A DNA stretch of 63,641 nt, filler included, from Octopus bimaculoides (GCF_001194135.2; 8 parts of 8 records of this genome joined end to end with filler, not necessarily neighbours in it), one strand, 5' to 3'. Numbered from the whole stretch's first letter, positions 38,641-52,922 are shown. The notes: a model not told the origin generated them from the sequence alone. Translations and numbers: made by a program.

Positions 38641-40686
38641 CAGTTTTCTTTTTAACCACAGAGACTGCTCCTTATATTTATTTTATTTAGCATGGTAGTC
38701 TTGAAGTTCATACGTTCTCATTCATTCTGTGGTAGACAAGTCTACTTTTATTGTTGCTATTCAGTCAGTGAGTTTTATATTTGGAAGGTACATTCGTTGG
38801 TTTCCAGGAAAATTTCCTATAGTTCTTAATGTAGCATGCCTTCCACATTTAGAATGCTCTATATTAGATTTTCCACATATTCTATTTTATTCGTATTTTC
38901 TTTATGCATTTTAGGTTTGCTTTCTGTTTGATTTCGGTTGGTATTGCATAGTTCTAATGGTGTAGCTACATGCTTTGATTCTATCCTTATGGTTTACATT
39001 TTATTTTTGTTATTTTTTTCTGAACGTTACTTGCGCTTCCTCTGTATACTCTTTCAAATGTTCGACTTCGAGATCCGATTTGTTTTTATTTTGATATGTC
39101 TTCCTATGTTAAGTAGCTTGTTGGATTTCTGCAATATTTCTAGGTCAGGACTATTTTCCCTTGAAATTTTATACGAATATATTTTTGATCTTTAATCTAG
39201 ATGTTTCACTTATTGGACTGCGGCCATGAACCGCTCCTAGTACGCTTTTTAAAGTCTGATACTAGTTCTATCAAACCACAAATATGACACGAGAACGTAA
39301 ACTCATGCATACAGTTAACATCTGCAATACATCATTTATGTGGCAGAATCACATAGGAATTTGTTTTCCTGCTTTCATGTGCTTATTGTACTCGTTATTA
39401 CCCAATAATTTTAGGAGACTTTTTGCATGTCAAAAGTCCCTACCGTGTTCCCTGTGATATCTGTGAGTTATATAATTATAATAATCAATATCTATCTATC
39501 TATCCACATCATCATCATCAACGTCAGAAGTCGGAGCAGTAGTAGCATGAATTAAGTACCAGTTGCGAACTGGTATCGATCAAATCGACTGACCCCCTCC
39601 TTAAGAATTTCGGGCCTTATGCCTAGAGTAGAAAAGAAAACTGCGTTTCGTCTGCTTAATCAGAAGCCACTATTGTTCCACTATCTGACTGGTAGTCTAC
39701 ATACTATTTATCAGTGCATCTAGATTAAAGATCATCGTTGTTCATTATATGTGCAATATTTTCCCAATCCATAAGCCTCCGACAAATAATGAATAACTGA
39801 GGCTGTTATAAATTTCTGACCTGTTTTAACAATTTACCTATCATATTTGATGGTTTGCATTAAGGATTTTGATGCAAAGACTTTTTCCTTTACGTTTATT
39901 TTCATCGGATCCCACCTTCTTAAAGAAGAAATTATAGGATTTAGCCGTTTTTATGAGGTGAAAGTGGGGAACTTAGTAACGCTAAGAAAGCGTTGTGAAT
40001 TTATAAGAACATTTATAGTATTAAATACTAAGAAAGAATACGTCCATGTCTCCTTAAGGTATATTGCAACTGGTATTACAGATCTTGAAATTTAACTACC
40101 ATCTGAGTGTATCCGCTTCTGCAATAAAGCATTCCTTAAATATTAAGGTTTATGCTCTCAAACTTTTCTTCAATTTCTTCCTGCAAACTATTACAGGGGC
40201 ATAGGTAACAAAAGAGTGTGAAAATCAATATATCAGACTGCTATATATCAAATTTCATAAACTGAAATGAAAATAAATATATAACTTGGTAAGATATTTT
40301 AAAGTTTAACTAGTCAGAAAGTATATTATGAAGAACAATTATGTATGTATGTGTGCGCGCGCGTGAGTATGTCTGTGTGTGTTTGTGTGTGTGTATATAT
40401 CTTTGTATGTATGTACACTTATGTTTTTTTCCATTATTTGAAATCTTCTTTGGAGGGGAGAAGTTGGTCTCTATCATAGATGCAAAGCCACATATGGAAT
40501 GTAGATAACAAAAACGAAATACTCATTTTAAACTTACCAAGCGTCTTGCACGTTTCCCTAACAGACTACATCGGTACTGTGCGGCTTGGTTGGTTTATTT
40601 CTTTTTCTGAAAACCTTAGATTACCCACATTGTCACTTAGACCACCACAAAATCAAATGCACAAATTCTAGGTAAGTGTAAGTGAG

Positions 40687-40719
<33 letters not shown>

Positions 40720-40839
40720 NNNNNNNNNNNNNNNNNNNNNNNNNNNNNNNNNNNNNNNNNNNNTTAATTAATTAANNNNNNNNNNNNNNNNNNNNNNNNN
40801 NNNNNNNNNNNNNNNNNNNTATATATATATATATCATCT

Positions 40840-41400
40840 TCATCATCATCATTTAACGTCTTTTTCCATGCTGGCATGGGTTGGATGGTTTGACTGTGGA
40901 CTGGCAAGCCAGGAGGCTGCACCAGGCTCCAATCTGATCTGGCAATGTTTCTACAGCTGGATACCCTTCCTGACGCCGACCACTCCAAGAGTGTAGTGGG
41001 TGCTTTTTACGCACCACCAGCACAGGAGCCAGTCAGGTGGTACTGACATCAACCACGTTCAGATGGTGCTTTTTACATGCTTCCGGCACAGGAAGCAGTC
41101 GGGGCAGGGGAGAGTTGGCATCGACCATATTTGTATGGTGCTTTTTCGTGCCACCAGCACGGTGAGCTAGTCAGGCAACACTGGCAACGATCCTTGAATG
41201 AATGGTACTTATTGCGTGCCACCAGCACGAGAACCACTCAGGTGGCACTGGCATCAGCCACAACTATAATTTCCCTTTGATTGTGATTTGATTTTTGATT
41301 TAATTTTTGGTTTTGATTATGATTTTGATTTTACTTGACTCAATAGGTCTCCTCAAGCATGGCATGTCACCCGACAATTCAAGGTTGTTTTTAAATGGGC
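40840..41400 (-). mobile_element. RTE 3' UTR/tail copy with ~60-bp internal repeats
   Basis: Reverse complement of the 11990-12420 family. Confidence 0.85.
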
Positions 41401-44400
41401 TGGTTATGTGACACTGAACAAGAGACAAGAAATATTATCTCACCTCCCCGTCTTTCTCTCTCCCACTATGCACACACACATACAAGCAAACGCATGTGTG
41501 TATGTATACAATTCCCCACAAAATAAAAATACATATACATACAATCATACACATAAATACAAAGACCTCAACCAAACCAGTCAAAAATAATTGAACTTTT
41601 AATCTTAAACCAATGTAGCCAAAATACTGAGTACCAAATTCTTTTACATATATACATCCATTTAGCCTTTTGCTTTTATTATTTTTTTAATTGGCTTTCT
41701 TAAATACATACATACATAATATATATACAAATATATATATATATAAATAAAAAAAAGCAGCACGGATTTTAAAGGTTATTGCAGTACGCACGTTTCATGC
41801 TATTCCATTTATTTAAGTAATGCGAGCATTACATTAAATGCAAAATGCAGAGCAATCTTCAGGTGCACAAGAATATAGAAAATTTACTGAAAATTTCAGC
41901 AGAATGGACATATTACTTTTGTGACAACATTTAAAATCTAAGTGGGGAAGAAGAATACATAAAAAAACCATCTTGACATAGTCAAGGCTAGCAGGCTAGT
42001 AATTAATTCTAGGTAGAATTCTAACTGTCTCTGATTTTATTTGTTTCTTATCTAGTGATTTAAAGTTTAAGGGAGCAACCAACCTATCTCTTATAAGGAA
42101 AGGGAAGGGGTAAACATTATACATGGATATAGTTATAAAGATTCCACTGGTCATAGTGGCAACACAATTTTAGGTTGGTTTTTTTTTTACTACTATCATA
42201 ATGTAGGGGAAATTTAACATTAAGCATCTAGGTCAACAGGGCTTTATATATATATATATATAATGTATGATGAATTTATGGAATGAAGTTCTATAAATTC
42301 CATCAATTTTGTTAAGAATGGAGGAAACAAGTTAATTTATAAGAAATTTAATTCTTGCAGACGATCGTTTCGTACAAAGATATAATAATAATAATATAAA
42401 TTCATGATTGAATTAAATTGATTAAATATCAACATACTCTTCAGTGCTAGAAGGTAAGAAACCATAGTACAAGGAACTTAGAGATGAACAGAGCAGAAAA
42501 ATTTGGATCTAGGGGAATCATATAGGTATCCATGGGAGAAAGAGATGGGAGTCATGTCAGATATTGAAATATTACTAACAGCGTCAACAGTTATTTGAAG
42601 ATGTAAGTAAAGAGGTAGCGGAGACGTTCCCTCTACATATGAGTATGGAAATTAGAATTATAGTGCCATATATGTAGCATAGGGCAAGTAAGTAGTAGAA
42701 ATTTCCAATGGGAAGACGATGCCAAATTTAAATTAAAATTAAAACTAACTGTTGAAATCAGTACGTAGTATAATATATATATTTTTTAATCTTTACAGAA
42801 GAATGAAGTTTAGCATGAGGAAGTGGTATATGAGAAGCTAATACTAGATAGCATAAACAAACAGCAAAAAATAAATGAATGACAATGAGTTACAGAGAGA
42901 AGATGATGTATATAAAGGACTCATGTTTACATAAAAAATCCTATTAGGTAACACATATTGATAATAAAGAAGAAAAAATAAGTAAAAACAGAGAAGTAAT
43001 TATTAATATTACAATTAAAGTAGTATGTACTTGCAGTGTTTATAAAGATAAAAATGTGAATTTAAAAATGAAGTTAGATAGACCAAAATAAATGTAGGGG
43101 AGATAAATGAGTGGAGAAAGAGATGATTAAATAAATAAAAATTTTGATAGGGATGTGTAGGTAATACAGAAGGTGTATCTTAGTATATATAAAAAAAGAT
43201 TATTTCAGAGGTATTAATCCAGCTTAGTATTATGTGAGAAGGATATAGAATGGCAGTATGGTTGTAATGGTATTCGAGTTGTAGGGGTGCCGTACCAGTA
43301 TAAATATAAGAAAAAAACCACGAGGAGAAGGGTACACATAAGTGTACAAAAATTTACACATACTATAGAAGACAGATAATCTAATAAGGAGTGTGTGTAT
43401 GCTTAGTCATATGTATGTAGAGGCATATTTACACGAATATATAGATACAGGAATTCATGTAGATATATGATTAAGGTATACATATAAAGCTGTACAAATA
43501 TACCCGTACATGTGATATAAAAAAGGGAGCACACACATATACATATAAATACACTCACACACAATAAATTGTATATATATGTATGCAAACATGCATATAT
43601 ACACAGATACACACGTTCATATTAATATACATGTCTGTACCTACATATACACATAAAAATAATCACACACATGTATATAAGTTTACATACATAGGTACAT
43701 ATAAGATCAATACCTAGATATGCATACATGGATGTAGACATGTAGATCACCTTAAAGTTGTAGAATATATGTAATTATAAGGTATCGTAACTAATAACAT
43801 AAACAAGTAATAGAATAGGTGTGTTGAGAGGGGTGTGAAGTACAAGAAAGTAAGTACATGGACACAGTATACAAATGAAATACAAAAATGTATCGGCATA
43901 TTACATACTAAGGAAAGATATAAGTTCCTATATCCAAACGTGTGGAGGGAAAAAGTATAGGGAGACATGAATAAGGTGATGGCCTTATATATAGTGGGCC
44001 ATGTATTTGTCAGAAGGAAATGTTAAAGAAAAAAGTGTACAAAGATAGTATAAGATATAGTAACGTAAAGGAGATGTTATGAGTAATTATATTTCATAGT
44101 AAAGGGTAACATATAGATATATTTTTTTTAAATATTAGACTAAGCAAAAGATGAGTGAAGAGTTATTTTAGATTAATGAATAGGAATTTGGTCATATGTT
44201 TACATGAGTAAACTTTTTCATCCCTAGTATTAACCAAATTTCCATTCAATCTCATTATGTTATAGCTTTCTTCTAAAAACATAACCTACACATTTTATTA
44301 GTATTTCTATAAGAGATAGGATTTTACAAGAAATGGAGAAATTTATATTTTTTCTATTGAGGTGCCAAATTTTTTTAGATAGTCATGAATTTATATTATT

Positions 44401-44736
44401 ATTATATCTCTGCACGAAACGATTGTCTGCAAGAATTAGACTTCTTATAAATTTTAACAACCTGTTTCTTCCATTCTTAACAAAATTGATGGGATTTATA
44501 GAACTTCATTCCCTAAATTCATCATACATTATATACAAGTACTACTTTCATATCTTTGCAAATTTATGCATGTAAACTCCCAGCAAAGTATGAAGAATCA
44601 ACATTTGAAATCTTTTTTGGAAACCTCCAATTAAAAGACGAATCCTCATTCAACCTTTATACATCTATATTATTATTATTACCATTATCAATAACAGTTA
44701 TTATTAATAAGAACTTGATTTCTAATAAAAAATAAA

Positions 44737-45287
44737 ATGGAGAAGATTGAAATGGAAGCATCTCTAAAGGATGTACCTTTGCCTACTCGTAAGGAGTACA
44801 TTAAGGATATTATGGCTAAATTACATGATCTCACCAGAAGAATGAGATACAAGGTTCTATTCTTTGTCAAAGAACACAGCACGGAAGAGAAATTAGACAA
44901 TAAAACCAACGAGGAACTCATTAAAACTAGAAGCAATTTTAAATCCCAGAAAGTTACCCCCACTCCACCCCACCAGCAAACCACATATTAGAAAATTTCA
45001 AAGACAATCTATGGAAACTACTTAGAAATATTAAGTTTAAGGAAAACCCTCTCAGGAATAACCACTTATGTAATTTGAAGCATAGAGTTAATGAACTGTG
45101 AAAATTGAAGGTACAGGCTGACAAACCTGGAAATCTATACAATGTAGATGTAGATCTATACCATAATTTTTTACACAAAGAAATTACAAAAAAATATAAG
45201 ATAATGAAAAAGATGTTCTTAAATCCATTAACATTAAAGCCAAAGAAATAATGAGTGAATACGGAATTGATGACATAACTGAAGTTT
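44737..45287 (+). mobile_element. Penelope-like element ORF N-terminal remnant (pseudogenised)
   Basis: SLKDVPLPTRKEYIKDIMAKLHDLTRRMRYKVLFF, FKSQK, NIKFK and VQADKPGNLY match the SL.NIP.P...Y...RMRWKA.FF / GFKS / ADKT.N.Y pattern recalled for PLE RTs. Confidence 0.7.
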
Positions 45288-45468
45288 CAGTTCAATATTT
45301 AAGAGATGAGGAATTATGTACATTATTTACATTATTTACATTTGACGGATATTTGTCCTCATCTTGTTTGTTGTTAACACAACGTTTTGGCTGATATACC
45401 CTCCAGCCTTCATCAGGTGTCTTGGGGAAATTTTGAACATGGGTTCTCATTCCTAAGGTATTTTACGA

Positions 45469-45527
<59 letters not shown>

Positions 45528-45659
45528 TCAATGCCTGGAATCAAACTCGGAATCTTGGGGTTAGTATGCCCATGAGCATATGCCGTAGAGGTTAAGAGCG
45601 CGGGCTATTAACCCCAAGATTCCAAGTTCGTCAATTCCAGGCAGTGACCTGAATAATAA
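45288..45659. mobile_element. Second head-to-head tRNA-head/hammerhead-tail element
   Basis: Same family as 7951-8365; the complete tRNA-like head is on the + arm from ~45573. Confidence 0.85.
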
Positions 45660-46390
45660 NNNNNNNNNNNNNNNNNNNNNNNNNNNNNNNNNNNNNNNNN
45701 NNNTTAATTAATTAANNNNNNNNNNNNNNNNNNNNNNNNNNNNNNNNNNNNNNNNNNNNTGGTATTTATGTAGATATGGTGTGATGAAGATGGTAATAAT
45801 AATAATACCGTCTATTTTTTTATTTTATTTTTATTCTTTTGCGATTTTGTTTTTTTTAATTTTAAATGTTATATTTCCTCGCTTAGCGATCAGTCACCTG
45901 ATAAAAGTACACACACATGTGCACACACACATACACACATACATACATACATACATACATACATACATTTCATACATGCATGCNNNNNNNNNNNNNNNNN
46001 NNNNNNNNNNNNNNNNNNNNNNNNNNNNNNNNNNNNNNNNNNNNNNNNNNNNNNNNNNNNNNNNNNNNNNNNNNNNNNNNNNNTTGATCCGATCAACGGA
46101 ACAGCCTACTCATGAAATTAACGTGCAAGTGGCGATGATATTTAAGGAAGATTGAAACAGCTTTAAGAAATTAATATTTGAAATATCACCGATGCTGTTT
46201 TTGTTTTTCAAACCTATTTTTCTCTATGCATCCATTATTGATGCTTCTACGCTATATGCCAATTTGTATATGATATTGTATTGAAGTTGTGAATTTTCTG
46301 GGTTTAACTTGATGTTTTATGTTGGCTTCAAATTTTAGCGCAAGGCCAGCAGTTTCGGGGAAGGGGCTAAGTTACTTACATCGACCCCAG

Positions 46391-46524
46391 TACAGTTCTA
46401 TATCTAAGGGATGAGGAATTATGTACATTATTTATATTATTTACATTTAACGGATATTTGTCCTCATCTTGTTTGTTGTTAACACAACGTTTCGGCTGAT
46501 ATACCCTCCAGCCTTCATCACAAG
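46391..46524 (-). mobile_element. Third copy of the same element (tail only, cut by a gap)
   Basis: Tail nearly identical to 45288-45415. Confidence 0.8.
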
Positions 46525-47995
46525 NNNNNNNNNNNNNNNNNNNNNNNNNNNNNNNNNNNNNNNNNNNNNNNNNNNNNNNNNNNNNNNNNNNNNNNNNNNN
46601 NNNNNNNNNNNNNNNNNNNNNNNNNNNNNNNNNNNNNNNNNNNNNNNNNNNNNNNNNNNNNNNNNNNNNNNNNNNNNNNNNNNNNNNNNNNNNNNNNNNN
46701 NNNNNNNNNNNNNNNNNNNNNNNNNNNNNNNNNNNNNNNNNNNNNNNNNNNNNNNNNNNNNNNNNNNNNNNNNNNNNNNNNNNNNNNNNNNNNNNNNNNN
46801 NNNNNNNNNNNNNNNNNNNNNNNNNNNNNNNNNNNNNNNNNNNNNNNNNNNNNNNNNNNNNNNNNNNNNNNNNNNNNNNNNNNNNNNNNNNNNNNNNNNN
46901 NNNNNNNNNNNNNNNNNNNNNNNNNNNNNNNNNNNNNNNNNNNNNNNNNNNNNNNNNNNNNNNNNNNNNNNNNNNNNNNNNNNNNNNNNNNNNNNNNNNN
47001 NNNNNNNNNNNNNNNNNNNNNNNNNNNNNNNNNNNNCGCCCGGCGTGCTAACGTTTCTTATTTCTTTATTGCCCACAAGGGGCTACACACTGAGGGGGCA
47101 AACAAAGTCAGACAAAGGGATTAAGTCGATTACATCATACTCCAGCGCGTAACTGGTACTTATTTATTCGACCCCGAAAGGATGAAAGGCAAAGTCGACC
47201 TCGGCGGAATTTGAACTCAGAACGTAGCGGCAGACGAAATACCGCTAAGCATTTCGCCCGGCGTGCTAACGTTTCTGCCAGCTCGTCGCCTTGGTGCTTA
47301 TCTGTATATCACAAACCAACCAACGCCCTTTCATCACACTGCACCGCTACACCGCCTCCCCCAAACCATATCAGATCTCAGTAATCAGAATACCTGACGT
47401 AATCGTACCAACGGATCACTACGTGCACTAGAACCACTACAGTGCTATTACCAATACTACACAATACATCACCACAATCCATTTCAACCAGTAAAACCTC
47501 TATACTACTACCACCACCACCACCACAACACATTACAATCGCTACGTCACCACTCTACCACCACTATCCGAACAGCAGTAACAATATCAACCAGTCATCA
47601 ATAATCAATCAATAACCTATACAGCCAAATTCTTCAACTTCCATTACACGGAGGAACTTATTGATTTTTATCGATCACGTACATAGTGTATGGGTAGTGG
47701 TGTTGAGATGGTTGTATTGGTGATGGTAGTGATATGTTGGCACAAGTACTTAACGGTGGTGTACAGGTGGTAGTATCTAGTGGTAGCGTTGTTGTGGTTG
47801 TAGTGTTGTGGTGATGGTGGTGGTGTGATAATAGAGTAATGAAGGAAACAACACATTAAACACACACATTAAACATTCGCATTAAACACACGCATGAAAA
47901 CACGTTAAACATACACATTAATACACACACGCACACATTAATCACTCACATCAGACATACGTATATACAAAACTACGCACCCATAGACTGCTTAA

Positions 47996-48960
47996 GTGTT
48001 ATCTATAATCTGTACGCAGTTTGCTAGTCTGTATTCTCAGAGGACCACTGCGAAACGCAACGCAGTGACTGATCAACAGGTAGGTGGAACGAAAGGGGCG
48101 TGGGACAGAGCCGAGCAGCTTCTCATCAAGCGAGCTCTTTATAAAGAACCAAAGCAGCACAACTGGAGTCTGCTCATTCTGTGCTTGGACAACATGGAAG
48201 TGTTTGATTCTCCCCCGTTCATGGATACTATAGTTACTACACTTGCCGTGTAAGAGCTATCCGTAAGGACTAAAGCTCATACTGTAACCATTAACGGAAT
48301 TAAGTTACTGTTATGTCTCAAGCTACTGCTATGTAGTACCTTCGGATGATCTCTACACGACTGCTACTCAACAGTCACTAAACTGCTCTGCCACGGCCAG
48401 ACTACCTCTATTTATATGTCTTGGGAGATCCTACTTCTTCGCTTGGGGGCGTCGACACAACAGTTACCAACAGGAATATTCCAAGGCGACAGCTTGTCTG
48501 ATAATTTGCATCCTAGCAGTGAGCCCTTTGTCTGTCCTGTTAAGGAAATGCAAAAGCTATACGATGACAGGATCAGCAGAAGAAAGAAACGCTGTTGTCC
48601 TCTGCATTTGTTTTGTTGATAAGCTTAAAGCCGTACTCGAGTAACATTCACGGCATTAAGAACTAGTTCGAACTGGTCATAACATTCTCACGAGAAACAG
48701 GAATATAGTTTTGGTCAGAATAAGTGTAGTCAAACGAAGGAAAATAGATACCATTGGTCTGGTTAGCTCCCTAACACTAGCGATTAATGTTATGGATGCC
48801 TCTGAATTGAAGAAAATATTGCATACGTTGGTGCTTTGAGTGAAGCTGGAATGGCAAGAATATTTTTCAGTAGACTTCAGAAGGTATGGAAATCAGAGCT
48901 GTCTGCATTCAACGCAAATGAAACAAGAGAGAGAAATGAATTACATCATGTGTATCCTCA
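47996..48960 (+). mobile_element. R4/Dong-like (RLE-type) non-LTR RT remnant
   Basis: QQVGGTKGAWDRAEQLLI...CLDNMEVFDS and GIFQGDSLS. Confidence 0.7.
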
Positions 48961-49009
48961 GCAAAAACGATATCTTGAGATCGTTTGAAATATTCCTATT
49001 ACTTGTGTA

Positions 49010-49273
49010 TTACTCTTTTACTCTTTTACTTGTTTCAGTCATTTGACTGTGGCCATGCTGGAGCACCGCCTTTAGTCGAGAAAATGGACCCCAGGACTTA
49101 TTCTTTGTAAGCCTAGTACTTATTCTATCGGTCTCTTTTTGCGGAACCGCTAAGTCACGGGGACGTAAACACACCAGCATCGGTTGTCAAACNNNNNNNN
49201 NNNNNNNNNNNNNNNNNNNNNNNNNNNNNNNNNNNNNNNNNNNNNNNNNNNNNNNNNNNNNNNNNNNNNNNNN

Positions 49274-49310
<37 letters not shown>

Positions 49311-49470
49311 CATATATGCGCCGGGCTTCTTTCAGTTTCCGTCTACCAAATCCACTCACAAGGCTTTGGTCGGCCCGAGGCTATAGTAGAAGACACTTGC
49401 CCAAGGTGCCACGCAGTGGGACTGAACCCAGAACCATGTGGTTGGTAAGCGAGCTACTTACCACACAGCC
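49010..49470 (-). mobile_element. tRNA-derived SINE family B
   Basis: Near-identical to 52537-52922; partial copies at 13085-13240, 18620-18755 and 35160-35235. Confidence 0.88.
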
Positions 49471-49845
49471 ACAACCAATTTATTGCTCATAAAATTGAAC
49501 TCCCAAAACTCTTTCTCCCACCCATCTGTCACATTCTAATTGTACACAGTTGTTCAGTATGAATCAAGAGTAGGTGGTCTGACTAGAACAGAAACTAAGA
49601 AGAGAAATTCTCATCATGTCGCCAGAAAGTTATGCACAGTATACATCTCACAAGCTAGAAAATACAAACAACAATGATAAGAATCGTAGCATCAGCGCCT
49701 CTGATAAATACATCGCATCTCACCAAGACAGCAATGCTTTTGGCTTAGATACTGTTCAACAAGCGGGACAAAAGATTCCTTTAAGCCATGAAGTTGTGAT
49801 AGAAAATATCGATTGCGTTATACCAGTGTGATAGATATCACCCCC

Positions 49846-50178
49846 GTGGAGGCGCAATGGCCCAGTGGTTAGGGCAGGGGACTCGTGGTCATAGGATCGC
49901 GGTTTCAGTTCCCAGACCGGGCGTTGTGAGTGTTTATTGAGCGAAAACACCTATAGTTCCACGAGGCTCCTGCAGGGGATGGTGACGAACCCTGCTGTAC
50001 TCTTTCACCACAACTTTCTCTCTCTCTTACTTCCTGTTTCTGTTGTGCCTGTATTTCAAAGGGCCAGCCTTGTCACACTGTGTCACGCTGAATATCCCCG
50101 AGAACTACGTTAAGGGTACACGTGTCTGTGGAGTGCTCAGTCACTTGCACGTTCATTTCACGAGAAGGCTGTTCCGTT
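49846..50178 (+). mobile_element. tRNA-derived SINE family A, sense orientation
   Basis: A-box TGGCCCAGTGG and B-box-like GGTTTCAGTTCC at the head. Confidence 0.9.
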
Positions 50179-51832
50179 NNNNNNNNNNNNNNNNNNNNNN
50201 NNNNNNNNNNNNNNNNNNNNNNTTAATTAATTAANNNNNNNNNNNNNNNNNNNNNNNNNNNNNNNNNNNNNNNNNNNNTATATATATATATATATATATA
50301 TTATTATGTTATATGCAACAGAAGTATTTATAAATTAATATTACCATCTATATGTTATATTTAATGTGTATATATCTTAAGAGGCCATTTACTGCTCTAT
50401 ATGAACTGAGACAACATCTCTGATAGACTTACTGTTTTAAGACCCAAACAATACTGGCGGGAGGCTAAACTTATCTCAGCAGTGGTAATCGTCATCATTA
50501 TCATCATCGTCATCGTTTATATCAATTATCTCATGGCTACTTCCGACGATGTATTCAAACTTGTTACTGTATCTCACGTAACCGCCATCCTTAACGATTC
50601 AGATATATCGTTTCCGTTTCTACTATCCTTTGCTGTTCTATATTCTTGTTAGCGTCCTGTATATTTTAAGAGTATCACAAGCTTAAATGTATCAAACATG
50701 CCTCTTAAATTAGAACTATTCAGGAAAGTGATAATTGCCAAGCATGATATATATATTAATCAACGTAGGAGGCAGGTTCTTAAGAACGTATATCTACACA
50801 CTCTTCCTGCTATTACTTGAACCTAAGTGTTTGAGTAGCTGGTTTATTATATATTTCATATGGGAAATGAATTTGCCTGATGACGAACGCACAATAGGTT
50901 CAACCAATTCTTTCTCACGTAGAAATTATATTGTTCTCTATACTTAACAAGTGGTAAGTCAGCATGTATTCCATAAACTTATGCTCTATTTTGTAACTGT
51001 CACAAATGTTATCTTGCCACAATCATACAAATCCGAGAATGTATGTGTGCTGTGTATGTTAGCATCAAACCCAATTACGACACACAAGATACTTCTTCCA
51101 CACGGTGAAGTGAAAAATTATATATCGCATAAAGAAAGATAATTTGAAAGATTTTAACTCCATTGACGAAGAGCAAACATTTTAAAGCCTTATGACTGTT
51201 CCTAATTTTATTTCTGTCTCTTTTGATTAAAACAATATTGTGAGGATGGTAATGACTCCCCAACAGTTTTCTTGGAATACAAAAAGTAGCATCAAAATTT
51301 GCATTTAAGAGCTTTTTCACGCTGGCATTTGCGGATCAAAACAGGAGCAATTTCAAAAACTAAAAGGCAAAAAAGAAGAAAGCAAGATGACATCACAAAA
51401 AATATATAGTTCTACCAATTACATTTGGGTTATATTTCAAAAAGTCTTCGAAAAAGTCTTCGAAGACTATATGCATGTTCAATCTCATTAGGAGGTCTCG
51501 TGCATAGTTCTGCAGCTTATATTTTGTTATGACGATCACACTGATGAATTGCGGATATTTACGTAAGTATTACGTAAGTGGTAACAATGAAACCGGGTAT
51601 GTGATTAATCTTTATATTTTAAATTCAAATTACGACAAACGTAAATAAACAAGCGAAGCTTGCTTTTAGAAGCGTTGAGAGGTCTTTTTTAGAAAGTTAA
51701 AGAAGTGATATTTTAAATTCTCGCTTACGTTCTGGCGCTTGCTGAATTTCCTTGAGAACAATCTTTTCTTAGTGGTCAGACAATATGTGGTCTACAGCTA
51801 GCATAATGGTTGTCCACTTAGTGGTCATCCCT

Positions 51833-51901
<69 letters not shown>

Positions 51902-52536
51902 ATTGATATATGTTTCCATAAATACATGTATCTGTTGGAATACACAAACACACATATGTATATAATATATCTAAGAAAAATCTCCCTTCCTGACGAAGGA
52001 AGCTAGTATTATGATAATGTCTATTTACATCCATCAATTGGTTGCATATTCATGACATTTTGTATATTCTGTCTGTTCATTATGATCGTTACGAACTATT
52101 ACGTAATTCCGAGATCACAGAAACAGCTGTCAATATAAAAGAAGTATGCATTTTCCCTTAGTCTTTTTGGCTTCTATATCCAAATGTAAATTTATTTGTC
52201 AATAAATATAAATATCAATAAGCTTCTACATGTATGTTTATCTTCTGAATATATTTAAGTTTTGTGTCTATGTACGCATGTATATATATATATATATATA
52301 AATATATATATANNNNNNNNNNNNNNNNNNNNNNNNNNNNNNNNNNNNNNTATATCAAGTCTAAATATGTTTGTCAACATCGCTTTCTCCATATCATCTC
52401 ACTTGGACTTCTCTTACAACCATTCTTTAGCCCATGGACTTAGTCCTCAATACGGACTCCTGAGTTTAAGCTCAAATCAATTGAGTACTACTACTTATTT
52501 TCAATATTAAGCATCTCTAGAATTCACCTGTTCGCT

Positions 52537-52922
52537 GTATACTCTTTTACTCTTTTACTTGTTTCAGTCATTTGACTGCGGCCATGCTGGAGCCCCGCCT
52601 TTGGTCGAGCAAATCGACCCCAGGACTTATTCTTTGGAAGCCTAGTATTTATTCTATCGGACACTTTTGCCTCACCACCATCGGTTGTCATGCGATGCTG
52701 GGGGAACAAACAGACACACAAACATATACACACACATACATATAGATATACATACATACGACAGGCTCCTTTCAGTTTCCGTCTACCAAATCCACTCACA
52801 AGGTTGTAGTCGGCCCGAGGATATAGCAGAAAACAGTTGCCCAAGGTGCTACGCAGTGGGAATGAACCCGGAACCATGTGGTTGGTAAGCAAGCGACTTA
52901 CGACACAGCCACTCCTACGCCT
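52537..52922 (-). mobile_element. tRNA-derived SINE family B
   Basis: Minus-strand head aggcgtaggagtggctgtgtcgtaag...ggttccgggttcattcc. Confidence 0.88.

Noticed and set aside
49846-49920. tRNA gene
   Set aside because: The A/B boxes continue into a SINE body repeated elsewhere; no complete cloverleaf.
50872-50915. CTGATGA motifs at ~50879, 51991 (CTGACGA) and 61551 as hammerheads
   Set aside because: No properly placed GAAA or stem I/III.
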